64,000 bases of DNA, from assembly GCA_016839585.1 (NCBI GenBank), contig JAEOTZ010000016.1, positions 1-64,000 of the forward strand. The letters are read 5' to 3'. Source of the DNA: Promethearchaeota archaeon. GTDB taxonomy: Archaea; Asgardarchaeota; Lokiarchaeia; Sigyniarchaeales; SOKP01. This document shows, one piece after another, positions 18,001 to 28,681 of the stretch; within the stretch, counting starts at the first letter, position 1, and every line of letters begins with the position of its first letter. A model generated the notes under the pieces. That model made no database searches and was not told the origin of the DNA. It saw only the letters and a program-made list of their open reading frames with translations. The position numbers and the translations under genes are program-made.

Positions 18001-18705
18001 TTAGTTATTGGAATCCCAAACTCCAATATAATTATCCTTAATCTCAAAAATCTTTTCAAACCCCATTTTTTTATATAGACTCTTAATACTTTTGTTATTG
18101 TGATTCCATGTTAATCGTTTTTTATATGTATTAACTCCGTCATTATCAAGAAATAAAAAATCTATCAATTTGTATAGCTTTTCGGGAAAAAATTTACCAA
18201 TTTTCAGGAATATTCTAATGAATCGAGTGTATGCTTTGATATCTTTTGGTTTTACGGCAATAGGTTCGCAAACTATTACTTTTCTCGCATGTATTTGAGC
18301 ATTTTCCACTAAAGTAAAATGCGAAGGATTGATATGATGTAGTATATCACATAAAACAATAACATCTACCTTTTCTTTCGCATAGTTATGAAAATCAAGA
18401 ATATTTTTTTGTTTAACACTAATATATTTCATTTTGGATTTCCCTCTCATCCAATCCTTCTTCAATTTAGTTAAGAATCTACGGTTAATATCCCAACCTT
18501 CATAAATGTTTGACGGATGTAAAAATCTAGTAAGAAAGCCAGTTCCACAGGCTAGGTCCAATATATGCTTGTTTTTACCGATTAATTTTGAAATGGATAA
18601 ATATTTCCTCCTGACATTATATATTTTGTTTGATAAGAAGTTATAAATTCTGCCACTTCGATACATTAGACTTCTAAATCCTTGGAGTGCTGATTTAAAT
18701 GTCAT
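18001..18705 (-). CDS. class I SAM-dependent methyltransferase
   Basis: ILDLACGTG, DILHH. Confidence 0.85.
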   Translation of the reverse strand: MTFKSALQGFRSLMYRSGRIYNFLSNKIYNVRRKYLSISKLIGKNKHILDLACGTGFLTRFLHPSNIYEGWDINRRFLTKLKKDWMRGKSKMKYISVKQKNILDFHNYAKEKVDVIVLCDILHHINPSHFTLVENAQIHARKVIVCEPIAVKPKDIKAYTRFIRIFLKIGKFFPEKLYKLIDFLFLDNDGVNTYKKRLTWNHNNKSIKSLYKKMGFEKIFEIKDNYIGVWDSNN

Positions 18706-18742
18706 CGTTTAAAAAATAAAAAAGAAAATTTATTATTATGCT

Positions 18743-20803
18743 TTAAGTAGGAGACAACTCCTGCATCTTTTCTTCAATTTTCTTATCATTAATCACTATT
18801 TTTTTATCTAATACCTTAAGCTCTTTACTAATTTCTTCGAATCTACTTTCTTGATCATTTAATTTCTTTATATATCTTTCTTTTAATGTAATTGATTGAC
18901 TATCAGTCCCTAAAACAGCAATGTTTTCTCTCAGCCTTTCTTGTTCGCCAGTCATTACATCGCGTTCTTCATGTAATTTTTCTCTCTTGTTTTTTAAATC
19001 ATTTGAAGTCTGAATTAATTCTGCAATTTCTTTTAGTTGTTGTTCGAGTTTTGGATCAATGAATTTATGTTTGACATAAAAGCCTACTCTTTTAAGAATA
19101 TCTTCCTTGGACCAATTCCATAAGTAATTGCTTGAGTAATTTTCTTTTCTTTCTTTAAGTTTAAAGATAATCGCATCTTTAGGTTTTAAAGTTATTTTAA
19201 AGCGCCAATAATTCGGTGTTTCTTCTGGATCAACAGGTTTTTCTATAAATTTGTAACCAGAAGTTTTAGGATGATCAAGATAGAGTTCTTTTTCTTCAGT
19301 GGTCTTGTTATTTATTTTGTATTCAGTCATTAAATTAGTATAATAGTATTCATAAGAATAACCACTCCCAAACGTTACTTTATGAACGCTTAAATTTTCA
19401 GATTTTTGTTCATGCATTATAATTACAGCTTGTTCAACAGCATAATTTAATAGTCTTGTATCTTCTTTATTCAAAAAGGGGATAATAGCTTCTCCTGCAA
19501 GATTATCATCATAGATTAGTGTAGCAGGTCCTCTTTCTAGTGTTAAATTTGTATTATTTGTTATTTCAAGACATGCATTAGGATTTTTATTATGTTCATC
19601 TTTATTATACAATAATATTCGCTTAGCTTTGATTGCTTCGGTTAAAATGGGAACTAAAGCAGACTGTTTCCTTTTAATGGAAACAGGATTTGAAATATTA
19701 TACTCAAAAAGCTCCCCTATATCTTTAGTTTGAGTTTTCGTCTGAAATTTAACTTTATCCATTAATGCATCATCAGATATTGTGGCTCCTGTAACACCAA
19801 ATCCACCAGCTGCTCCTGCTGGTGGTGCAGATGGAGCAGCTACCATTCTTGCACGACTCTTCATAGCTTTAAGTTTAGGTGCTGCTTCCGCCATACTGTA
19901 TTCTTTAAATCTTTCCATTTCTAAACCCTCCTCTATTTCGGTAGGTCTAGCACTCAAAACTTTCGGTGGTTGAATAACAGGACGCTGAATAAAAATAGGT
20001 CTATAAAAATCATATATAAAAGAAACCGGCATTCCTGCCACTAAAGATAATGCTATATCTTCCCAATCTTGATTTGTTGTATTTTCAATAAGACTCCAAC
20101 CAGAAAGTAAACACTTCTGTTCTAATGCTTGTTGTTTGCTCATTATTAATCGATAAGAAGTCTTCCAGATAGGGCTTTCTCGTATATAAGATACAAAAAT
20201 ACTTCTTTCAATATTATCAGCTCCACCTGACTCACAATTAATTTTTATCTTTTTAGCATCTTTCTTCTTTCCAGCAATAATAGTATCAAAAAAAAATTTT
20301 AAATCTTTTTTAATGTCTTCATTTAATATATCGAAGGACTTAATCTCTGAAAAGGGAATTTTGGTAATAATATCATCATCTTGTAATATTATCAATAATT
20401 TCTCGATTATTTTTTGTTCTTTAATAAATTTTTCAATTTCTTCAATGCCTATTATAGTTCCTAAAATTTGTTTACTAGCTCCAATTGTTAGATTGACTTT
20501 TGCTCCTTTAATTTGCGTTATAAGTGAAGAAAACGAATCTTTATCAGGAATGTTTAACATGATTGATTTTAATAACTGTAGAGTGTCTAAAGCAGCATCA
20601 TAAGAAATTGAGGATATATATCCTTTTTCACTAGTGTCTAATACAAAAAGAGATTTTAGTACATCATTCATCTCATCAACTTTAAATTCAAGTTCGAACG
20701 AATCTGTTCCTTTTATTATCCCTTCGAGAATATAATAAGAAACCCCGTGCTTGAAAATTATAACTTTTTTTACTTTTAATTTTGACATAAAATTATTATA
20801 CAT
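18743..20803 (-). CDS. DUF4139-family protein
   Basis: VIIFKHGVSY, MNDVLKSL, PIWKTSYRL, ENTTNQDWEDIALSLVAG, ELFEY; C-terminal coiled coil. Confidence 0.8.
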   Translation of the reverse strand: MYNNFMSKLKVKKVIIFKHGVSYYILEGIIKGTDSFELEFKVDEMNDVLKSLFVLDTSEKGYISSISYDAALDTLQLLKSIMLNIPDKDSFSSLITQIKGAKVNLTIGASKQILGTIIGIEEIEKFIKEQKIIEKLLIILQDDDIITKIPFSEIKSFDILNEDIKKDLKFFFDTIIAGKKKDAKKIKINCESGGADNIERSIFVSYIRESPIWKTSYRLIMSKQQALEQKCLLSGWSLIENTTNQDWEDIALSLVAGMPVSFIYDFYRPIFIQRPVIQPPKVLSARPTEIEEGLEMERFKEYSMAEAAPKLKAMKSRARMVAAPSAPPAGAAGGFGVTGATISDDALMDKVKFQTKTQTKDIGELFEYNISNPVSIKRKQSALVPILTEAIKAKRILLYNKDEHNKNPNACLEITNNTNLTLERGPATLIYDDNLAGEAIIPFLNKEDTRLLNYAVEQAVIIMHEQKSENLSVHKVTFGSGYSYEYYYTNLMTEYKINNKTTEEKELYLDHPKTSGYKFIEKPVDPEETPNYWRFKITLKPKDAIIFKLKERKENYSSNYLWNWSKEDILKRVGFYVKHKFIDPKLEQQLKEIAELIQTSNDLKNKREKLHEERDVMTGEQERLRENIAVLGTDSQSITLKERYIKKLNDQESRFEEISKELKVLDKKIVINDKKIEEKMQELSPT

Positions 20804-20886
20804 AAATTAGAATTTAAATGTTGATGAATTTGAGAAGGAAGGATTTAAAAAATAATCTTTAAAATTATAAGTAAATAAAAAACTCC

Positions 20887-21387
20887 TTACATGTTTTTTT
20901 CTAAGATCTCAAGAGTATCTTTTTCAATTGATGCTTTTGGATGCTCTACGATAACATCAAGGAAAACACCATTAGCATTGAAGAAATAAAACGTTGGAAT
21001 AGCTTTTAATTTAAATTTTGGATCAACTGCTTCTGGAGGAGATCGTTTTTTATGCCATATTGTCTCTCCTGGCTTATGCAATGCATTAACCATTATTCCA
21101 TATAGAATATGTAAGCTAATATCTTCACTATTTATCAATTTTACGATTTTTATCATCCGAGGTACATTTTTCGAGCAATCTGGACACCAATCAGCACCCA
21201 AAGCAACAATTTTTAATTTTTCGTTTTTATTTTTTAAATAACTTTTTATCTTTTCAAGTACAGCTGCCTTTGGTTCATAAGTCTCATAATTATAGGCAAC
21301 CTTGTCCCCATATATTTCTAAGTATTCATCTGGAGTCATTGTTGGCGATACTAGATCATTCCATTTTAAATTCATTTGCGATTTCAT
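20887..21387 (-). CDS. thioredoxin-like protein
   Basis: WCPDC motif and cis-Pro IPTF. Confidence 0.88.
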   Translation of the reverse strand: MKSQMNLKWNDLVSPTMTPDEYLEIYGDKVAYNYETYEPKAAVLEKIKSYLKNKNEKLKIVALGADWCPDCSKNVPRMIKIVKLINSEDISLHILYGIMVNALHKPGETIWHKKRSPPEAVDPKFKLKAIPTFYFFNANGVFLDVIVEHPKASIEKDTLEILEKNM

Positions 21388-21550
21388 ATGTATTAAAGAA
21401 ATTTCTTTTTTTAAAAAAATTCGTCTAATGATCTAAAAATTTTCAATCGGAATGCTTAAATTATAGAAATTAATGATAAAAAAAATATATGAAAACTAAA
21501 TTCTAAATTATCATTATAATTTATTGTTCAAATGAAATAGGTCGATAAAG

Positions 21551-23395
21551 ATTTTAAAATCTTTTAGGGGAAAATTATTAAATGTCAATTTAACAAATAA
21601 AGAAGTCAAAATTGAACCGTTAAATGAAGAATTCTCAAGAAGTTTCTTAGGAGGTGCTGGTTATGCTTGTCGTTATTTATATGACAAGCTGGATAAAGAT
21701 ACAAATCCATTAGCTCCCGATAATATCTTAATGATTATGACAGGTCCCTTAAATGGTACATTTGCGCCAAATTCAGGGAGATGGGTGGTGTGTTCTAAAA
21801 GTCCTTATACAGGGATGTGGGGAGAATCTAATTGTGGGAGTTGGTTTGGTGCTGAACTTAAAAAAGCGGGATATGATGGGATGATTATATCTGGTGCTTC
21901 AAAAGAACCGGTTTATATTGAAATTAAAGATGATAAAGCGGAAGTAAAGGATGCAAGATTTTTATGGGGAAGAGGGACTGAATATACTACCATGATGTTA
22001 AAGGATGTTTTTGGGGATAATCATGCGATGGTTGCATGTATAGGGCAAGCTGGTGAGAACCTTATAAAATTTGCTAATATCATATCTGAACAACGAGCAG
22101 CAGGTCGTACAGGTATGGGAGCTATTTTTGGTTCAAAAAAATTAAAAGCGATTATAGTAAAAGGAAATAATCTTCAATTAGATGTTCATAATAAAGATGA
22201 ATTAAAAAAATCTATAAAAACAGCTAGGGACAATGTAAAAACTAATTATGGATCACAGGTATTAACTAATTTCGGCACTTCAGGAACAGTGGATCTGTAT
22301 AATTCAACAGGAGAATTGCCTATTAAATATTTCACACTAGGAAAATGGGACAAGGCTACGAAGATATCTGGTATAACGATGGTCCAAACTATTCTTATAA
22401 AAAATAGATTTTGCCATTCTTGTGTAATTGGATGTGGGAGAATAATAGCTATAAAGGAAGGGAAGTATAAAACTAAAGAAACTGAGGGACCTGAATATGA
22501 AACGATATGTGGATATGGAAGTTTGATTTTAAATGATGATCTTGAATTTATATGTTATATAAATACAAAATGTAACGATTATGGGATTGATACTGTTAGT
22601 TCAAGTGGAATTATAGCTTGTATTATTTATCATTTTACTCTTGGAAATATTAAACCAAGAGATATTGATGGATTAAGTCCAAATTGGGGTGATACTGAAA
22701 CAGTAGAAAAATTACTAAATAAAATTGTTTATAGAGAAGGAATAGGCGATATATTAGCAGAAGGATCTAACGCTTTTGGTAGAAAATTCAGTATTCCCCA
22801 AGCTGAGATAGCTACAATTGATGGATTAGAAATTACTTATCATGATATGCGCTCAAATTATGGTATGTCAATTGCCTATGGAATGGGTGCTGCTCATAAA
22901 GGACCTTCTCACAATTTATGTGACCTATATTTTGTATTGATGGGTTATCCATTTGAAGAAATTAATGCACCTACAATAACTTTAGATACTTATGCAAACG
23001 ATTTAGAGATGGCTAAATGCTGTTCAATCATGATGGATTATAGAGCGCTGTATAGTTCATTGATAATCTGTTCTTTTTGTAATCCATTGCCCTCTCAAAT
23101 TGCCACAATTATCAAACATGCAACTGGTTTAAAATTTGGTCTAGATGAGATAAAATTATATGGTGAAAGAATACTAACTATGAAGAGATTGTTTAACTTA
23201 AAAATGGGGGTTACTCCAATGATTGATAAAGTTCCTCAAATATTATTAAAACCTCTTATTGAAGGTGGTTCGGCTGGAAAATCACCTGATTTTGAATTAT
23301 TGCGAAAAAACTTTTATAACTTTAAAGAATGGGATTTGATTACTGGAAAAATTAGTAAATCTAAACTTGAATTTTTAGGTTTAGATAATTTATAA
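21551..23395 (+). CDS. aor: aldehyde:ferredoxin oxidoreductase (W/Mo AOR family); probable ATT/ATA start (first ATG 21731)
   Basis: SKSPYTG, GRTGMGAIFGSKKLKA, CHSCVIGC, GPEYET; N-terminal GKLLNVNLT...FLGGAG lies upstream of the first ATG. Confidence 0.9.
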   Translation: MLKSFRGKLLNVNLTNKEVKIEPLNEEFSRSFLGGAGYACRYLYDKLDKDTNPLAPDNILMIMTGPLNGTFAPNSGRWVVCSKSPYTGMWGESNCGSWFGAELKKAGYDGMIISGASKEPVYIEIKDDKAEVKDARFLWGRGTEYTTMMLKDVFGDNHAMVACIGQAGENLIKFANIISEQRAAGRTGMGAIFGSKKLKAIIVKGNNLQLDVHNKDELKKSIKTARDNVKTNYGSQVLTNFGTSGTVDLYNSTGELPIKYFTLGKWDKATKISGITMVQTILIKNRFCHSCVIGCGRIIAIKEGKYKTKETEGPEYETICGYGSLILNDDLEFICYINTKCNDYGIDTVSSSGIIACIIYHFTLGNIKPRDIDGLSPNWGDTETVEKLLNKIVYREGIGDILAEGSNAFGRKFSIPQAEIATIDGLEITYHDMRSNYGMSIAYGMGAAHKGPSHNLCDLYFVLMGYPFEEINAPTITLDTYANDLEMAKCCSIMMDYRALYSSLIICSFCNPLPSQIATIIKHATGLKFGLDEIKLYGERILTMKRLFNLKMGVTPMIDKVPQILLKPLIEGGSAGKSPDFELLRKNFYNFKEWDLITGKISKSKLEFLGLDNL

Positions 23396-23426
23396 AGGTC
23401 TTTAAATCTTGTATTATGGTAAAAAA

Positions 23427-23969
23427 TTAAGATGGGCTTTTATTTTTAAAGATTAATCTCGCTAATAGATCAAAAATTTTACTTACATTTTCACCTGTTT
23501 TTGAACTGCATTCTATAAATCCTTTTGCTTCCATTGATTTTGCTATTTGCATTGCTTTTTTTGTTGATACTTCTTTTAAATGATTTAAATCTACTTTACC
23601 TCCAACAAAGATAATCGGTAATTCATTATCTACATCTTTTTTGGCTATAGCATCCTCAACTATCGCAAACCAATTATCTACATGAACAAGTGAACCATAA
23701 TTAGTAATATCATACATGAATATCGCACCATTAGCGCCTTTTAAATATAAAGGAAAAAGAAATCTAAAGCGTTCTTCACCAGCAAAATCCCATATCTGTA
23801 ACTTAACGATTTCTCCATTAACTTCAACATCTTTTAACATAAATTCAACTCCTAAAGTTATTGAAATATCCTGCTTAAATAAGTTTGTCAAAAATCTATG
23901 AGCTAATGTTGTTTTACCCGTTCCAGAATCGCCAAAAATCACTATCTTAAAAGTTGAGCTGTATTCCAA
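23427..23969 (-). CDS. Rab-like small GTPase
   Basis: GDSGTGKT, WDFAGEE, GKVD, SSK. Confidence 0.93.
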   Translation of the reverse strand: MEYSSTFKIVIFGDSGTGKTTLAHRFLTNLFKQDISITLGVEFMLKDVEVNGEIVKLQIWDFAGEERFRFLFPLYLKGANGAIFMYDITNYGSLVHVDNWFAIVEDAIAKKDVDNELPIIFVGGKVDLNHLKEVSTKKAMQIAKSMEAKGFIECSSKTGENVSKIFDLLARLIFKNKSPS

Positions 23970-24207
23970 CCCTAATCCCTATAGAAACGTTATTATTTTT
24001 ATTAAATATATAGTTAATTAGTTAAGTAATTGTTTAACCTAATATACTTTATGATATCTTATTTTAAAAATATTATTTTCCAAATAGGGATTAATACCCT
24101 AGAATTAGAAAAAGAAATTTACAAAGCATACTAAAAAAGGCATAATCTATAGAAATACAAATACATAAAAATATCAAGTTTATTATCATATAAAAAATCA
24201 AAAATAG

Positions 24208-24675
24208 GTGCTATATTTGGTAGGTACAGATATTTATTGTGGTTATAAAATTGAAAAAGCTCCCGAAACGCTCGAGCCTAATGATGAAATTGAAGGAAGT
24301 TTCATACTAGAAAACCGTGGTAAAAAAGAAAAGAAATTAAAGAAAGCATTTATTAGGATAAATGAATTATATCTTGAAAAAGTGATATATAAAGATCCTG
24401 AGACGGGAGAGGAGACTAAAAAATATGAAGAACGCAAAAAAACAATGAAAACTGAAGAAATTGTAAAAGGCGATAAAATTAAAGCGGGTGAAAAGAAAGA
24501 GTTGGATTTCAAGATGAAAATGCCCAGCTCTTGGTCTAAAAAAAAAAGAAATAAAATTAAGGACTGGCGGTTAGAGATGTGGTTCATTCAAAAATCAGCA
24601 ATGGTTGCATCTCGAGGATCGCATAAAGATGATGCTACTTGCGTGCTACCGGTCATCTTTAACATATTTTTGTGA
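24208..24675 (+). CDS. hypothetical protein, possibly arrestin/SpoOM-like beta-sandwich
   Basis: 155 aa ORF; likely TTG start 24217 after AGGTG. Confidence 0.6.
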   Translation: MLYLVGTDIYCGYKIEKAPETLEPNDEIEGSFILENRGKKEKKLKKAFIRINELYLEKVIYKDPETGEETKKYEERKKTMKTEEIVKGDKIKAGEKKELDFKMKMPSSWSKKKRNKIKDWRLEMWFIQKSAMVASRGSHKDDATCVLPVIFNIFL

Positions 24676-25077
24676 AACTAATTCATACTTTCCCCGAGAA
24701 TAATCAATATTAAGATTAATTAATTTATCATCTTTAGTAATGATACCTATTGGGAATTTTTCAGGAGGTACAGTAAATTTTGGTAAATCCATATTATGAG
24801 AATATATTTCCCTCCAATCATAATTTTTCAATCCTAATTCCCGTATTAAATCAGTAGGTGTTTTACCAATTCGTTTTAAAGCATATCTGAGTCCTCTATA
24901 TCCGATTTTATCAATTTCATCCTTTGTGGGAACCCGATTATAATAGGAATAAATTACATCTCGATAAAAAGCTAGCGCTTTTTTCTTATCAACCCATTCC
25001 CATCTTGTTTTTAATTTTTTAGGATTTATACCATTTTCTTCTAAAAATTCTATTTCTTCCTCTGTGAAATTTATCAT
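24646..25077 (-). CDS. hypothetical protein with homing-endonuclease-associated-repeat-like helical motif
   Basis: RVPTKDEI...GLRYALKRIG...LIRELGL pattern. Confidence 0.5.
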   Translation of the reverse strand: MINFTEEEIEFLEENGINPKKLKTRWEWVDKKKALAFYRDVIYSYYNRVPTKDEIDKIGYRGLRYALKRIGKTPTDLIRELGLKNYDWREIYSHNMDLPKFTVPPEKFPIGIITKDDKLINLNIDYSRGKYELVSQKYVKDDR

Positions 25078-25197
25078 CAGTATTCTTCTAAATGAGATGT
25101 TTAAAAGAAAACGAATTTCACTAATGAATCATTATAAATATTCAAAGAGAAGTTCACTAGTTATATTTAAGCTTCTTTAGTTCTGATAATAATATGA

Positions 25198-27519
25198 TTA
25201 TTCTCTTTCAGAAATTTGAAGTAATTTCTGTAGAAGTTTAAGAGCTCCATCTTTTGATAAGTTTTGATTTCGGTTTCCACATTTTGGTGAATAAATACAG
25301 CCTGCGCAACCAACAGAACAATTACAGGTACTTAATAATTCAAATGTTAATGAAAGTAATTCTTCTAACTTTTGATATAATAATTCTGAAATTCCAATAC
25401 CCCCTCTATAGGCATCATAGATGTAAATTATAGGTTGTTGCTTAACTGGATCAAAATCAATTGATACACCACCTAGGTCCCATCTAGAAATTTGAGATAA
25501 TACTGGCGCGACAGCAATCATAGCATGTTCGACAGCATGTATACAATCGCCTATTAAATATCCGTCTTCCTCAAGTTCTTTTTGAATTGAGAAAGGAATA
25601 TAAAACCACATGGCCTGAGACTCAAATTCAATGATTGGAATATCTTCTAAAGGATGTCTTGATTGGATTTCCTGTGTTATAGTATTAATGACTTTATAAG
25701 CATAGTATTCATGTTCAACTTTCACATTACCAAAAAATGCTTCTATTTGTTCATTTGGAGCTGTCTTTTTTTGAGAAGTTACTTCAATTGGAGTAATATT
25801 TGTGTGTTTTAGAGATTGAGTGTAATAATCAATATTAGTTTTAGAAATGTAGACTTTTCTTTCCTCAAGGTCAAGCTCCTGAACAATATAAGTTTCAGCT
25901 TCGTAAAGATATACAGCACCTTGATGTAAATCTCGAAATACATAGCTCTCATCCTCAGTTGTTAAAAGTGCTTCCTGATTTCCGAATCTTAAAATAACTT
26001 TATAACTTCTACTGGAGAGATCATTTAATCCATATTTCTCGTTTGGGAAAAATCCTCCTTTCCAATAGTATTTATCACCTCGCTTCATTAACAATGATTC
26101 TGCAAGTAATTCATTTATGCATTCAATCAAAAATTCTTTATTCTGAACGCCAAATTTTTTGTAATCATCTAACTTAATTGGAATTTCTTTTGCAGCACAA
26201 CATAGATGATTTTTTAAAATATATTTGTTATTTAGGGTTATTAAGACTTCTTCTTGAATAGGTCCAAATAATTTATCAGGATTATGAATGTAAAACAGAT
26301 CAAGTGGATTTTGCATTGGTATAATAGTTGAAATAGACAGATCGGAACCTCTTCCGGAACGACCAATTTGTTGTCTAAAACTTGAAATTGTCCCTGGAAA
26401 TCCAGAACTTATCGTGGCATCCAAGCTTCCTATGTCAATTCCTAATTCCAAAGCATTTGTAGAGCTTATTCCGAGAATAATTCCTTGTTTAAAATTGCTC
26501 TCAATCTCTCTTCTTTTTGATTTACTTATGCCAGCCCTATAACTATGAATTTTATTTTTTAAGATTGGCAAGGCTTTTCGGGTCCAAATGGCTTGCAATT
26601 CTGCCATTTTACGAGAAAGAGTAAATGTTAACGTCTGATATCCTTTTTTTAGGTGACTAACAAATAAATTTTTCGTTTCTTGATGAGGAGATCTATATTT
26701 ATTGGACACCTCATCATAAGGCAAATCCCATAAAATTACTTTTTTAGCACCAGAAGGTGAATCATCTTTATCAACAACATAAAATTCTTCACCAATCAAT
26801 TTTTCACAAAATTCTTTTGGATTAGGAATTGTAGCACTAGATAAAATCCAAATTGGTTTTACATTATAAATTTCAAGAATTCTTTTTAAACGTCTAAGAA
26901 GCAACGCAAAATTAGACCCAAATATACCTCGGTAAAAATGTATCTCATCCAGTACAATATATTGTAAATTTTGGCAAATCCTTCTCCATTTTTGTTTAAA
27001 CCATGGTAAATAAAAATGTAGTCCATAAGGATTAGTAATAATGATATTTGCATTAGTTAAAATCAGTCTTTTTTCATTTAGCTCTACGTCCCCATCGTAA
27101 ACACCAATTCTATTTTGTTTAATATTAGTTTCGGTCAGCATATTTGTTAAAATCGTATATTGATCTCTTGATAATGCTTTTGTTGGGAAGATATATAGGG
27201 CGGTAGTCTTGTCATCGTTTAAAATTGAATTAAGAACTGGGAGATTATAGCATAAAGATTTCCCTGAAGCAGTAGAGGTAACTATTACTGTATTAAAACC
27301 ATTACGAATAGCATTAATTGCTTCTGCTTGATGTCGCCATAGTTTTAAATTATTATTATTTAAATATCGTTGGAGTCGTCTGCTTGAAGGTTTATCTAGA
27401 TCATCATAACGTGCTTTTAATTCAGGAATATGCTCAATATGATATATCTGATCACAATAATATTCTTGGGATTTGATAAATTTTAAGAAATCTTCGAAAT
27501 CAACCATAAATAGTGTCAA
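25198..27519 (-). CDS. Hrq1/MrfA-family DEAH helicase with DUF1998 Zn domain
   Basis: TASGKS, DEIH, SAT, QIGRSGR, CNC..GC..C..SPKCGN. Confidence 0.92.
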   Translation of the reverse strand: MTLFMVDFEDFLKFIKSQEYYCDQIYHIEHIPELKARYDDLDKPSSRRLQRYLNNNNLKLWRHQAEAINAIRNGFNTVIVTSTASGKSLCYNLPVLNSILNDDKTTALYIFPTKALSRDQYTILTNMLTETNIKQNRIGVYDGDVELNEKRLILTNANIIITNPYGLHFYLPWFKQKWRRICQNLQYIVLDEIHFYRGIFGSNFALLLRRLKRILEIYNVKPIWILSSATIPNPKEFCEKLIGEEFYVVDKDDSPSGAKKVILWDLPYDEVSNKYRSPHQETKNLFVSHLKKGYQTLTFTLSRKMAELQAIWTRKALPILKNKIHSYRAGISKSKRREIESNFKQGIILGISSTNALELGIDIGSLDATISSGFPGTISSFRQQIGRSGRGSDLSISTIIPMQNPLDLFYIHNPDKLFGPIQEEVLITLNNKYILKNHLCCAAKEIPIKLDDYKKFGVQNKEFLIECINELLAESLLMKRGDKYYWKGGFFPNEKYGLNDLSSRSYKVILRFGNQEALLTTEDESYVFRDLHQGAVYLYEAETYIVQELDLEERKVYISKTNIDYYTQSLKHTNITPIEVTSQKKTAPNEQIEAFFGNVKVEHEYYAYKVINTITQEIQSRHPLEDIPIIEFESQAMWFYIPFSIQKELEEDGYLIGDCIHAVEHAMIAVAPVLSQISRWDLGGVSIDFDPVKQQPIIYIYDAYRGGIGISELLYQKLEELLSLTFELLSTCNCSVGCAGCIYSPKCGNRNQNLSKDGALKLLQKLLQISERE

Positions 27520-27685
27520 TAACTATAATGAAATATCTAAATTAAAAATTACAAAGGGAAAAGATTTAATTATTTCTAAGTAAACAAACCTTAATTTATT
27601 ATTATAAAAAGAAAAGTTAAGTTTTTGATTAAATTTAAAGACAATTTTTTTTTTATTTGTAATATACAAAAAAATCATAGAAAAA

Positions 27686-28681
27686 ATGTCTAGTTCTGAA
27701 TGGAATAAAGTTGATTTTAATCAATTTATAAATGAATTTGATTATGAACTTATAGTTAATAATGCACCTACTATCTTATATTCAAAAAAAGATAAAGAGC
27801 ATGAGGCATATAACTCGCTAATAGCTTTCTTTTTCATAGCTGGTGGTTTGCTTATTTACATTTCCCTATCATATATTTTTGAATTTATTTTCAATTTAGG
27901 GTTAATAATTGTAGTATCTATTGTAGCAATCATCATAGATTTATTTTTAATTATTAACTATATAAAATCAAATGTATACATTAGACCATTAGAGTGCTGG
28001 GTTGAGATCCATAGAGGCAAATCTCAAAATGATGTTAATTATTATTGTTTTACTTATTATCCTATCTTTACCGGTAAATGTCACCCAAATGAAGTAAAAA
28101 ATGTAATTTTTAAGTTTTACCAAGAGGAAGTGTTGAAGAGTAAAATTGATATTACCCAAATTGAAGTATACCTAAAAATAAACCAAATTAACAAAGAAAA
28201 AATAGGTTACTTCTTCCAATATGGTGAAGGAAGACCTTTTGGTGACGAAAATATAATTAGAAATTCTTGGAAATTTTTTCCTTCTCACCAATCGAAGGAA
28301 GAGAATTTTATTGCAATAGCAAATTGGGATCATCAGTTTGAGTGGCGTAATGATTTAGAATTAGATTTCGATAAGTTACATCAATATGCCCCTTGGGTAA
28401 TTCAAAAATGGACCAAAATGAATTTAAAACCTTTAAATGAAGAATTTAAAGGAAGATACAATTGGAATTTAAGAAATATCATATCAGAACCAAAATTGAC
28501 GCCATGGATAGCAGGTTTAGAAAATCAAACCTATGAAAATCCGATGGCTTATTGGGATATTAATATCATTGATGAAGCACTCGAAAACATCATTGGTAAG
28601 GTTAAGGAAGTAAAAAAATTAAAAAAGGTAAAAAATCAACTTCCAATGTTTAAATCTTATTTTAGAGATTCAAATGCTTAA
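27686..28681 (+). CDS. hypothetical membrane protein
   Basis: 331 aa, two TM helices near N-terminus. Confidence 0.75.
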   Translation: MSSSEWNKVDFNQFINEFDYELIVNNAPTILYSKKDKEHEAYNSLIAFFFIAGGLLIYISLSYIFEFIFNLGLIIVVSIVAIIIDLFLIINYIKSNVYIRPLECWVEIHRGKSQNDVNYYCFTYYPIFTGKCHPNEVKNVIFKFYQEEVLKSKIDITQIEVYLKINQINKEKIGYFFQYGEGRPFGDENIIRNSWKFFPSHQSKEENFIAIANWDHQFEWRNDLELDFDKLHQYAPWVIQKWTKMNLKPLNEEFKGRYNWNLRNIISEPKLTPWIAGLENQTYENPMAYWDINIIDEALENIIGKVKEVKKLKKVKNQLPMFKSYFRDSNA

